Source of the DNA: an uncultured archaeon | GTDB lineage: Archaea > Asgardarchaeota > Thorarchaeia > Thorarchaeales > Thorarchaeaceae | DNA length: 28,748 nucleotides | Direction: 5' to 3' | NCBI GenBank assembly: GCA_964590575.1 | Contig: CAZPWM010000011.1 | Span: 25,218 to 53,965, forward strand | In this document: one piece after another, positions 1-7,900 of the stretch | How the letters are laid out: each line of letters begins with the position of its first letter | How positions within the stretch are numbered: position 1 is the stretch's first letter | Program-made: the position numbers and the translations under genes | The notes under the pieces: model-generated | Databases searched by the model: none | Seen by the model: the letters and a program-made list of their open reading frames with translations, nothing else | Told to the model about the DNA's origin: nothing

Positions 1-387
1 GCTGTCATCGTCAAGGATTCACAGATTCTAAGCACAGGTTACAATGGAGCTCCAAAAAACTTACCACACTGCGAAGATGTGGGATGTCTTCGTGAGGAGC
101 TTGGTGTCAAACCGGGAGAACGTCACGAATTGTGCAGGGGATTGCATGCTGAGCAGAATGCCATTATTCAAGCAGCGTTTCATGGAGTTAGCGTGAATGG
201 TGCAAAGATATTCTGTACGACTCGACCTTGTAGCATTTGCACTAAGATGTTAATTAATTCAGGTATTCATGAGATTATCTATATAGAGGAATACGAGGAT
301 GAACTGGCTGCGCAGCTTGTCAAGGAAGCAGGCCTAAAACTTCGTCAAGTCGAAATTCCAAGGAAGTATGGTAGGAATTCAAAATAG
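1..387 (+). CDS. dCMP/CMP deaminase family protein (5' end outside window)
   Basis: Frame open from base 1 ([18 protein letters not shown]...); HAEQNA and PCSIC zinc-deaminase motifs. Confidence 0.9.
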   Translation, partial: AVIVKDSQILSTGYNGAPKNLPHCEDVGCLREELGVKPGERHELCRGLHAEQNAIIQAAFHGVSVNGAKIFCTTRPCSICTKMLINSGIHEIIYIEEYEDELAAQLVKEAGLKLRQVEIPRKYGRNSK

Positions 388-463
388 CTGTTTCCATCAG
401 ACGGTCATCTGGAAAGGTTAAAGAACAACATTGTTGCGTTCCAATTCGAGTGGGTGTCCAGAT

Positions 464-1378
464 ATGGGAGAGCTTGAGAACCTGATCAGTATTCATGATT
501 TAGATAGGAAGATGATAGACCATATCCTTGATACAGCTGCCAAGATGGAACCTTTTGCGGTGAAGAGGAGTAAGGACCTTGACTCGAAAATCATGGCAGT
601 CTTGTTCTTTGAACCTTCTACACGCACACGCCTTTCCTTTGAAAGCGCGATGCTTAGGCTTGGTGGGAGTGTTCTTGGCTTTGCGGAGGCAGGAGTGTCG
701 AGTGCTGGTGGAAAGGGTGAAACTCTTGCTGACACAATCAGAACTGTCGAGAGATATGCAGACATCATTGTTATTCGACATCCATTAGATGGTTCAGCCA
801 GGGTATCAGCTGAGTTTTCTAGTATTCCTGTAGTCAATGCTGGAAGTGGTTCGGAGGAGCATCCAACCCAAGCTCTTCTCGATCTTTATTCGATACGTAA
901 AATGAAGGGTAAGATTGACGGTCTCTCAATCTCACTCTGTGGGGATCTCAAGTACGGTCGTACAGTCCATTCGTTGGGAATGGGACTTTGTCATTATGAT
1001 GTCAAAATTAAGCTCGCTGCACCTCAATCGCTCAGAATGAAACCTGCCATCATAGAACAGATGAGAAAATCTGGAGTTGATGTGGTAGAAGTAGAGAGCG
1101 TAGAAGAGGCTGTCAAAGATGTAGATGTGATATACACTACTCGAATCCAGAAAGAACGGTTTCCTGATGTTCGAGAATATGATAAGGTGAAAGACCGGTT
1201 CCGAATAACTGTAAATGACCTAAAAATAATGCAGGAAGATACCATCATTCTACATCCACTTCCAAGAGTGGATGAACTAGACACTGAAATCGATAATACT
1301 CCACATGCTAAGTACTTTGACCAAGTGTACAATGGAGTAGTCTTGCGGATGGCTGTGTTGAAATTGATTCTTGGCTAG
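464..1378 (+). CDS. pyrB: Aspartate carbamoyltransferase catalytic subunit
   Basis: FFEPSTRT, HPTQ, GDLKYGRTVHS and HPLP motifs; ATG at 464 preferred over TTG at 431. Confidence 0.97.
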   Translation: MGELENLISIHDLDRKMIDHILDTAAKMEPFAVKRSKDLDSKIMAVLFFEPSTRTRLSFESAMLRLGGSVLGFAEAGVSSAGGKGETLADTIRTVERYADIIVIRHPLDGSARVSAEFSSIPVVNAGSGSEEHPTQALLDLYSIRKMKGKIDGLSISLCGDLKYGRTVHSLGMGLCHYDVKIKLAAPQSLRMKPAIIEQMRKSGVDVVEVESVEEAVKDVDVIYTTRIQKERFPDVREYDKVKDRFRITVNDLKIMQEDTIILHPLPRVDELDTEIDNTPHAKYFDQVYNGVVLRMAVLKLILG

Positions 1379-2100
1379 ATTGGCTCTATCCCTCGTAGCT
1401 CACGAGTCAGCGTTTCGATTGATCCTGGTTTGCTAACAGCAAGAGGGATTCGCATTTGATCAGACAACTCTAGAGCGAGTCTATCTACTTCTCCAACTCC
1501 GTGAAGAACAACAAGGGACGGTTTGAACTCTTGTGATTTGATAGCAATCATTGGGGCTCGACCAGTGCTAACATTAGTGAATATTAAGCACCTCTCAGTG
1601 GTGGCTCCAAAGAGCTTCAGAAATGCATCGCTGTTTAGCTCCTTCACCGCCCTTTCCACATCAACTAAGGTATAACCATATATCTCGCGGTCCATGAGTT
1701 TCTCACCAGCCTTGATTGTAAACTTCAAACGCTGGCAGAACTCTTTCGCAGTCATTGGTGATGAGAAGTCACTCATTGCCAGCACTATATTTAGGTCGAC
1801 GAGACTGACGTCCATGAGGCGAACAAACGCAGCTATGACTTGGCCGCCATTTCGCTCATCTAGCGTCAGCAATGCCATGATGAAGCGTCTTATTGTTGAA
1901 GTACCCGGAGATTTTCTTCGTCCGGACTCGTAGTCGCTGATAACACTTGGACTAATGCCCAGATGATCTGCGAGAATTATCTGAGGTAGTCTGAATCGTT
2001 CTCTCCAAAGTTTCATAGTTTGTCCTGGGTGTTCTGATAATGCGATTTCTCCAGCAATACGACGCGCAAGTCGCTCACGGACAGATGATTGATACGACAT
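1375..2100 (-). CDS. Archaeal XRE-type HTH transcriptional regulator (COG1709-like)
   Basis: LADHLGISPSVISDYESGRRKSPG HTH; C-terminal LIFTNVSTGRAPMIAI typical of this family. Confidence 0.85.
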   Translation of the reverse strand: MSYQSSVRERLARRIAGEIALSEHPGQTMKLWRERFRLPQIILADHLGISPSVISDYESGRRKSPGTSTIRRFIMALLTLDERNGGQVIAAFVRLMDVSLVDLNIVLAMSDFSSPMTAKEFCQRLKFTIKAGEKLMDREIYGYTLVDVERAVKELNSDAFLKLFGATTERCLIFTNVSTGRAPMIAIKSQEFKPSLVVLHGVGEVDRLALELSDQMRIPLAVSKPGSIETLTRELRGIEPI

Positions 2101-2173
2101 TGAACGAATTTCTGGGTATTTAGAACATAAGGATTTCGACTATTGACGAAGTAGCATCTCATATTAGAATTAA

Positions 2174-2311
2174 TGGTGGGCCGGCCCGGATTTGAACCGG
2201 GGATCCCCTGGAGTCTTGCTGGCGAACATGAGTTCGCAAGACCCAAACCAGGAATCATTTTTGGCAAAGGGTCACGAGTGGCCCACTGAAGCCAAGCTAG
2301 ACCACCGACCC
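2174..2311 (-). tRNA. tRNA-Pro(UGG) with two introns: D-loop 20a/21 (2259-2289, 31 nt) and canonical 37/38 (2213-2241, 29 nt); CCA encoded
   Basis: Acceptor GGGTCGG/CCGGCCC, anticodon arm CCTGG-TTTGGGT-CCAGG, T arm CCCGG-TTCAAAT-CCGGG; BHB central helices TTGG/CCAA and TTTG/CAAG, each with 3-nt bulges. Confidence 0.95.
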
Positions 2312-2337
2312 ACATTCAGAGATTCCTTTTATTTTTA

Positions 2338-2346
2338 GATATAAGA
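2338..2346 (-). promoter_or_regulatory. TATA-like box of tRNA-Pro
   Basis: TCTTATATC 27-35 bp upstream of tRNA G1. Confidence 0.55.
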
Positions 2347-2556
2347 GTATCTCTGGAATGTGAAGTTTTGAGAGGTCGATTGAGGAACAAATTATTCTGA
2401 ATATGAGATTAAAGTCCTAGCGTCAAGATCTTTTGTGTTGTATTTTCTTGGTTTTTTACGAATGATATTGTTTCATCTATTTGAATCATATTGCATTATA
2501 ATGTGGTTTTCTTACATTTTATTAATATCAAAAATTCAATAGATATTTTACTCTAA

Positions 2557-2651
2557 TAACCTTAAATTCAATGATAGGGAGTTTATTGTATAGGAGTTCA
2601 TTACCGCTTATCCATGACAAGAAAAGGAGTGAACTCTCAAAGAAACAGGTC
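2557..2651 (+). repeat. 95-bp mini-unit sharing both ends with the tnpB unit
   Basis: taaccttaaattcaa at 2557-2571 is repeated at 2653-2667; aagaaacaggtc at 2640-2651 is repeated at 4416-4427; internal stem gagttca (2594-2600)/tgaactc (2630-2636). Confidence 0.65.
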
Positions 2652-2652
2652 G

Positions 2653-4427
2653 TAACCTTAAATTCAACTGGTGAAAATCGTGGGTCGGTCCAAGGGAATC
2701 ATTGTCAGCGTGAAAGTGCCAATTCGATGGGATGTCATGTCTGACAGACAAAAGACTCGTTTCTCACAGATAACTGGGAGAGACACACGTGTCATCAAAG
2801 CCTACCTTGGAGTAATCGAACGTCACGAGAAAGACTTTCTTGTTGGAATAAGGAAGAAGAAGATTAGCGCGAGTGAATTGGATAAGTTGACTCTTACCGC
2901 CACTCGTGGAAAATCTTCTAGGATCTCTGTCCCTCATGACTTCAAAAAACGGTTCCAGAACATATCGGTAAATGAGTTTCAGGAATGCCGTGACACAGCG
3001 ATAGCCATGTGGCAAAGTCACCTTGAGAGAGGTGGCTCAAAACCACTGGGAGCAAGGGGATATTCATCAAGAAAGATTCCCCGCTTTGCCTTTGGAAAGT
3101 GCTTTGATTTTCTCTACACTCCTGAAAAGGAAATCAAACACTGGTTGAGTCTACGCTATTCAGTTGAATCACTGAAAAGAAACCGACGTATTCACGAAAA
3201 AATATCCATCCCACTCTCACCCTCTTCATATCATCTCAAGAGATTGAAGGATGGAGAGCTGAAGACAGTCCGACTTTTCAAGGATAGACGACGAAAGTGG
3301 TGGACAATATTCACAGTCACTTTGGATGTTGACATCACCGACTCATCGAATCAACCAACTGCGGTCTTGGGCATAGATCTCGGTATTGAAAAAGCCGCTT
3401 GTACCGTCTTGCTGACCAAGCAAGGATACAAACATGTTAGGTATTGGAAACAACGTGACAAGCTCAGACGAATGAAACACTATGACCAGATAGTAGCATC
3501 TCTCCAGCGAAAGAAGGAGTACCATTTGTCCCAGAACTTGAATTCAACCCAAGTCACAAGGCAACTGAGAGAGCTAGGCGAAAAACGTACCAAACTGAGT
3601 AAAGAGTATGACAACAAGCTTGTAAAAGACATTGCTGAACATGTACTGGAATTATCTAAGAAATACAATCTGCATGTTGTAATTGGTCAACTGAAAGGTA
3701 TCCGGTCGACTGCCAGAAAGGGAAATTACAGAGGTCGAAAGTTTCGAGGAATGGTTCATCGCTGGTCGTTTGCAAGGGTGAGAGATAATCTTGAACACAA
3801 ACTTGCATCCATTGGATTTGACCCTAAGAAGTTCTTTGCTGTAAGCGAGGCATGGACATCGATAAAGTGTCACAAGTGTGGAAGCAAAGGGTACCGACCA
3901 AAACAGAACCTCTTCGTCTGTGGAACCTGTGGGTTCCGTGCAAACGCTGACTTGAATGGAGCAATAAACATCGGTCGGCGTGTAATCAAGCTCATCCCTT
4001 CACTTAGTGATGAGAAGACTGGACTAGGAGTTTGGCTTCTCCCTAGCGAGAAGATCATCCCGAATATCTCAAGGAGCAAATGCTCTAAGAGGAAGTCCTT
4101 ACTCTCTCAGAGGAAACCAGCCTTAGTGGGAGAGTCCGTGGCTGAGTGCTGTGATCAGACATCTCTTGAGGTGTATGTGAGCACTAAAGACCCAGCCATG
4201 GCAAGTACTGTGGAAGAACCGTCTGCGTCCAAGATGAATGATAATCTTGGAGTATTGCAGCGGACAGAATCCAGTTGCCAAGAGAGGAACGATGTTCTTT
4301 TGAACTTGGACAAAGCTCATGTCACTTCGAATGACTCTGGTCATTCGAAGGCTGGTGACAGCTGTCGTGAGATTGGTGGAACACAGAAGTTTCTTGCAGT
4401 TCACTCAAAAGAAGTAAGAAACAGGTC
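2653..4427 (+). mobile_element. Non-autonomous tnpB-only element (IS200/IS605- or IS607-superfamily derived); boundaries inferred from repeats
   Basis: TnpB ORF without tnpA, bounded by the 15-bp and 12-bp motifs and abutting a tRNA fragment. Confidence 0.55.
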
Positions 4428-4434
4428 TTCATAG
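2671..4434 (+). CDS. tnpB: TnpB/Cas12f-like RNA-guided nuclease with rearranged RuvC-II and ~150-aa C-terminal tail (start could be GTG 2680)
   Basis: RuvC-I VLGIDLG (D236), VVIGQL (G339), VSEAWTS (E393), CHKC...CGTC zinc finger, RuvC-III NADLNGAINI (D427). Confidence 0.9.
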   Translation: MKIVGRSKGIIVSVKVPIRWDVMSDRQKTRFSQITGRDTRVIKAYLGVIERHEKDFLVGIRKKKISASELDKLTLTATRGKSSRISVPHDFKKRFQNISVNEFQECRDTAIAMWQSHLERGGSKPLGARGYSSRKIPRFAFGKCFDFLYTPEKEIKHWLSLRYSVESLKRNRRIHEKISIPLSPSSYHLKRLKDGELKTVRLFKDRRRKWWTIFTVTLDVDITDSSNQPTAVLGIDLGIEKAACTVLLTKQGYKHVRYWKQRDKLRRMKHYDQIVASLQRKKEYHLSQNLNSTQVTRQLRELGEKRTKLSKEYDNKLVKDIAEHVLELSKKYNLHVVIGQLKGIRSTARKGNYRGRKFRGMVHRWSFARVRDNLEHKLASIGFDPKKFFAVSEAWTSIKCHKCGSKGYRPKQNLFVCGTCGFRANADLNGAINIGRRVIKLIPSLSDEKTGLGVWLLPSEKIIPNISRSKCSKRKSLLSQRKPALVGESVAECCDQTSLEVYVSTKDPAMASTVEEPSASKMNDNLGVLQRTESSCQERNDVLLNLDKAHVTSNDSGHSKAGDSCREIGGTQKFLAVHSKEVRNRSS

Positions 4435-4454
4435 CCAAGCTAGGCCACCGACCC
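4295..4454 (+). ncRNA. Putative omegaRNA 3' region (scaffold plus guide); 5' end unknown
   Basis: Perfect 11-bp hairpin 4325-4350, closing stem 4295-4306/4398-4413, located at the tnpB 3' end. Confidence 0.55.
4429..4454 (-). repeat. tRNA-Pro 5' fragment (positions 1-24), intronless form
   Basis: GGGTCGGTGGCCTAGCTTGGCTATGA matches the predicted spliced tRNA-Pro at 25/26 nt. Confidence 0.9.
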
Positions 4455-4482
4455 TTGATAGACGGGCAGTCCTCCAACTGTG

Positions 4483-4491
4483 GTTATAAGA
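4483..4491 (-). promoter_or_regulatory. TATA-like box upstream of the tRNA fragment
   Basis: TCTTATAAC 29-37 bp upstream of fragment G1, similar to the box of the intact gene. Confidence 0.45.
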
Positions 4492-4552
4492 ATAACGGAG
4501 CTATTGCACAAGGTCAGTAATGAATAATGTCTTAACTGCTAGTCTGTATTAG

Positions 4553-4807
4553 ATGATGAGTACGATGAGTCTACTTGGCCCAGACGATTTCGACTTGGAC
4601 CCAAAAAGCCGAAAAAAGAAGCTGGCAAAGGACCTGTCTCCTTCAGTAGCGAAGGAAATCGAGAAATGGTTAGACAGGGAAGATGACCCTAAAGCATTCA
4701 GGAGAGTGTCAGAGCTGGTAGGACCAGAAGAGGCAGCCCGTTTGTTTTCTGGGCGGAGAAGACACGGTAAAAGATTGAAACCTAGAGACCCTCGACTCGA
4801 AGATTAA
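4553..4807 (+). CDS. Small charged hypothetical protein
   Basis: 84-aa ORF closely followed by a same-strand gene. Confidence 0.6.
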   Translation: MMSTMSLLGPDDFDLDPKSRKKKLAKDLSPSVAKEIEKWLDREDDPKAFRRVSELVGPEEAARLFSGRRRHGKRLKPRDPRLED

Positions 4808-4820
4808 TGAAGGGACAACA

Positions 4821-5183
4821 TTGACTGCAGAATCTGGCGAAATCGATAAACAGACACACCAGAGCAACGTACGAACATCGCTGGCTTTCATCCGTACGAT
4901 TAATGCTGAGAAAAGAACTCATCTTGCAGAGCTTCGTACAGGAATAGGGATTTTGACTATACCAATGTCGCTTTTGGCCATCCTGATTGCCACATCGAAC
5001 TATTACTCAATCGATCAAGTTTTGGGATATGTTGTAGCTCTCGCAGTTGGAATTGTCCTGCTATTCTTAATTGGGGGGTATCTTGTATTTTCATCCCTTA
5101 GAGAGATACGTGCGGATGACCGACTTCGATTGGAATGCGATGACCTCTCATGTTTAGTTGCTGAGTTTAACGACCAAGATTAG
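4821..5183 (+). CDS. DUF202/YidH-like small membrane protein
   Basis: AEKRTHLAELRTG motif followed by two hydrophobic helices. Confidence 0.65.
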   Translation: MTAESGEIDKQTHQSNVRTSLAFIRTINAEKRTHLAELRTGIGILTIPMSLLAILIATSNYYSIDQVLGYVVALAVGIVLLFLIGGYLVFSSLREIRADDRLRLECDDLSCLVAEFNDQD

Positions 5184-5290
5184 AGAATTTGAATGCGTCA
5201 AAACGAAACCATAACGAGGGTGACTCATTTCGGGTTGTAGAAAAAAAAGAAGAGCGAGTCGTTATTCATGTTGTATTAGTTGAGAAAAAG

Positions 5291-5311
5291 TGGAGCTCAG
5301 GCGAGATTTGA
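5291..5311 (-). repeat. Degenerate copy of tRNA-Thr 3' end (att-like)
   Basis: tggagc-tcaggcgagatttga versus tggagccccaggcgagatttga at 5816-5837; 14-nt perfect core. Confidence 0.75.
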
Positions 5312-5319
5312 TTTCTAGT

Positions 5320-5643
5320 CTAGTCGTCGTCCCAATCAGAGAGTTCGATGACTCGACTGTTTCGGATGTGGTCTATCGTGGCTTTAGAGATAATTGCAAC
5401 AACGATGATCATTAGGTAGTATCCAAATACAACAAGTGTCACACAACTGGCACCACCAACACCAGCGATTATTTTTGCAGCCCATGCTTTCTGTAGCCAT
5501 ACTGCCAGGCTTGCACAAAAAGTGAGTATCCCAAATACTATCATGAGAGTTCCAACTATCGTATTAAATGAGTCTGGGAACATAATTGAGAATTGAAAGA
5601 ACCAATAACCAAGATAGATGTCGTTTGCACCCAGAAGAACCAT
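5320..5643 (-). CDS. Small membrane protein (mini-island cargo; true start uncertain)
   Basis: 3-4 hydrophobic segments; frame stays open about 20 codons upstream with no ATG/GTG/TTG. Confidence 0.6.
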   Translation of the reverse strand: MVLLGANDIYLGYWFFQFSIMFPDSFNTIVGTLMIVFGILTFCASLAVWLQKAWAAKIIAGVGGASCVTLVVFGYYLMIIVVAIISKATIDHIRNSRVIELSDWDDD

Positions 5644-5815
5644 TAGGATTGTAGCATTTCGAACTTCTGACGACCTATCAACATCATTCAGAGATATTCC
5701 CTCGTTTTGCTGTTTTCACTATCTTATGTCTGCAGAACTTGATAGAGTTTGTTACTTGTGATAATTGAAAAACAATAGTACAAGTCAATGCTCAATTACT
5801 ATTGGGAAAAGATAG

Positions 5816-5923
5816 TGGAGCCCCAGGCGAGATTTGAACTCGCGGCCTCCTCAAAGTCGAGAAGAACGCAGGGTTCATCTCTCTTACCAAGGAGGCGATC
5901 TAACCGGTCTAAGCTACTGGGGC
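5816..5923 (-). tRNA. tRNA-Thr(GGU) with non-canonical 39/40 intron (5853-5882, 30 nt); CCA encoded
   Basis: Acceptor GCCCCAG/CTGGGGC, anticodon arm CCTCC-TTGGTAA-G|GAGG, T arm GCGAG-TTCAAAT-CTCGC. Confidence 0.9.
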
Positions 5924-6048
5924 TTCTATTTTACAACAAAAGGCTGTCACTTCGCATTTCGAATTAAAATCGGTGATAAAGATTTCTACAAGGTTCATTG
6001 TCCCAGTCAACCGCAATATCCAAGAGGAGTTTTTTCAAGAATAATTCT

Positions 6049-6999
6049 ATGGCAGGGGCGATTGAAACTCACGGTCAGGTCATGTTCTGCAAAGAGGGAG
6101 CAAGAGATTCCTTCATAGAGATTATTTCAAAGCTCGACCTCAAGGAACCAGTGGTAATCAAGCCCAACTGGTCAACTTCAGAGGTCTTTACTGAAGCTGA
6201 AATTCTGGATTGGACTTTGTCAGCTTTGGATTGCGAGAAGGTTGTTGTTGAGAGCTGTGCTCACTATCGAAGTCCAATCTATAAAAGCCATGATGGACCT
6301 TTTGATGCTGATCTCGAAAAGAAGTTGCTTGGCCAAAAAAAAGGAGATTTGCAAAGAAACGATAGATGGTTTCTGGAATTCACAGGGATTGGAGATGTCT
6401 TAAAGAAACATGGTGTAGAGTATCTCAATCTCTCAGAAGAATTCTGGGCAAAGAGAGTATGCAAAGCTGATCAGGTTAAGATGCTTGTAGAATCACGATT
6501 TGAGCCATTGGTTAATGATATCATGTATTCAATAGTACCAACTAGACTTTATGATTTGAGAGGCGGTACAATACTAAGTCTTGCCAAGCCTAAAATAACA
6601 GATGAAACAATTGGAGTCACTCTCTCAATCAAGAATCTGTTTGGATTGATTTCTACTCCCTATAGAGGAAAATTCCATGGAGTTAACGACACGAAGTTGC
6701 ATGATAGTATCATGGATATCAACAAAATATGTCATTCGCTCTTTGATGTGCGAGGGATTGTTGAAGCAGTCTTTTCAACCTCAGCTTCTCGAAATTGCAG
6801 CTCGAAACCAACCATATTTCATGACTTAGGACTCATCTGGGGATCAAACAGCGTCTTTGAACTAGATGCAGCTGTAAGTACACAATTAGGGCTTGATGTT
6901 CAGAATGTGGGACATTTGGCTCTAGCTGCTCAAACGTTTGGTAAGTGGTCACAACAAACTGTAGAAAATGCGATGAAGAACCGGGTAAAATTGTTATAG
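6049..6999 (+). CDS. DUF362 domain protein
   Basis: VVIKPNW, VVVES and TLSIKNLFG motifs. Confidence 0.75.
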   Translation: MAGAIETHGQVMFCKEGARDSFIEIISKLDLKEPVVIKPNWSTSEVFTEAEILDWTLSALDCEKVVVESCAHYRSPIYKSHDGPFDADLEKKLLGQKKGDLQRNDRWFLEFTGIGDVLKKHGVEYLNLSEEFWAKRVCKADQVKMLVESRFEPLVNDIMYSIVPTRLYDLRGGTILSLAKPKITDETIGVTLSIKNLFGLISTPYRGKFHGVNDTKLHDSIMDINKICHSLFDVRGIVEAVFSTSASRNCSSKPTIFHDLGLIWGSNSVFELDAAVSTQLGLDVQNVGHLALAAQTFGKWSQQTVENAMKNRVKLL

Positions 7000-7045
7000 A
7001 ACTTCAACAACACAAAATCGAAGAAGTGATATTCTCAGAAGTCCC

Positions 7046-7894
7046 GTGTGTTTGTGGAGGTTGGAGCACTTGCACGCTGAAGATGTTATCTCCAGGCAGG
7101 CATTTCCAATACAAGTCTACGGCATATCAGGTAATTGCCTCAAGAGTGAGATTGAATCTATCACAGGTGTGAACCCTGGGAAGAATTCAGTGTTTACAAA
7201 AGAAACGGGTCGTGTTTCGGTGCTTCCTGAGATTTACGTTACTGCTGCAGACCCTTGTTCTGGTTGTTCAGGGGGTGGTGGTGGAGATGGAGAAGGTGCA
7301 TTGTTCTGTGTTATATTAATTATAGCAATGTTCGCAGTCTTTGCTATTGTTTGGGCAGTGGTAATGATAGCATTCACCATCATGACATTTGGAGGATTCG
7401 TTAGAAAACGTTATCGCACTCTTATCCTCATTGAAAACCCGAATGAAGAGTTCATTGGAAAACTCTCAGTGATGTCAGTGAGAGGGGGTGGTGTCTTGAT
7501 GCATCCTCTAGGATATCCGGATTATGACGATTGGATTGAAGATACTTTTTCTAAGTTTAAAAGGTTGAAACTCATTCGACAGATTAGCATACTGTTTGGA
7601 TTTGGCTGGGGATTTATTGAGGTGGCGTTTAAGCTCTATGAAATCATCCTAAATCTATATTTGAACTATAATCTATGGCCATTAAGATATGCGATGATTG
7701 CTATCTTTCTCCCCCTTCTGCTCTACAGTCCAATCTTGGAGATTCAGTTAAGAAATGCCTTTGAAATGGGTGAAGAAATGGTCATGAGAATCATCAGTCG
7801 AGAGCCGTCATTCTCTCCAGAACAACCCATGATTTTCAAGGAAGAACCTCGAGAGGACAGAGCAATTCCAAAGTATAAAGTCAAGTTGAAATGA
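7046..7894 (+). CDS. Hypothetical membrane protein (start uncertain)
   Basis: 282-aa ORF with several TM segments and a CSGCSGGGGG stretch. Confidence 0.65.
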   Translation: MCLWRLEHLHAEDVISRQAFPIQVYGISGNCLKSEIESITGVNPGKNSVFTKETGRVSVLPEIYVTAADPCSGCSGGGGGDGEGALFCVILIIAMFAVFAIVWAVVMIAFTIMTFGGFVRKRYRTLILIENPNEEFIGKLSVMSVRGGGVLMHPLGYPDYDDWIEDTFSKFKRLKLIRQISILFGFGWGFIEVAFKLYEIILNLYLNYNLWPLRYAMIAIFLPLLLYSPILEIQLRNAFEMGEEMVMRIISREPSFSPEQPMIFKEEPREDRAIPKYKVKLK

Positions 7895-7900
7895 TGGGGA

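Noticed and set aside
2013-2315. 100-aa ORF over tRNA-Pro (likewise 5834-6118 over tRNA-Thr)
   Set aside because: Shadow ORFs over tRNA genes
2614-2655. 13-codon uORF MTRKGVNSQRNRS in frame with tnpB
   Set aside because: Too short to support; the shared RNRS simply reflects the 12-bp repeat
2680-2689. gtgggtcggt matching the tRNA-Pro start in inverted orientation
   Set aside because: Only 10 bp and inside coding sequence, so plausibly chance
2557-4427. CRISPR array associated with a Cas12f
   Set aside because: Each motif occurs only twice, there is no regular repeat-spacer period, and no cas1/cas2/cas4 is present
2259-4428. tnpB as a giant cis-spliced intron joining the 4454 fragment to the tRNA-Pro 3' part
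   Set aside because: The 12-bp motifs are direct repeats and cannot pair in one transcript, and the downstream gene already has its own 5' exon and promoter
6945-7172. Cys-containing 75-aa ORF as a possible zinc ribbon or frameshifted N-terminus
   Set aside because: Overlaps both neighbours and shows no convincing motif or slippery site
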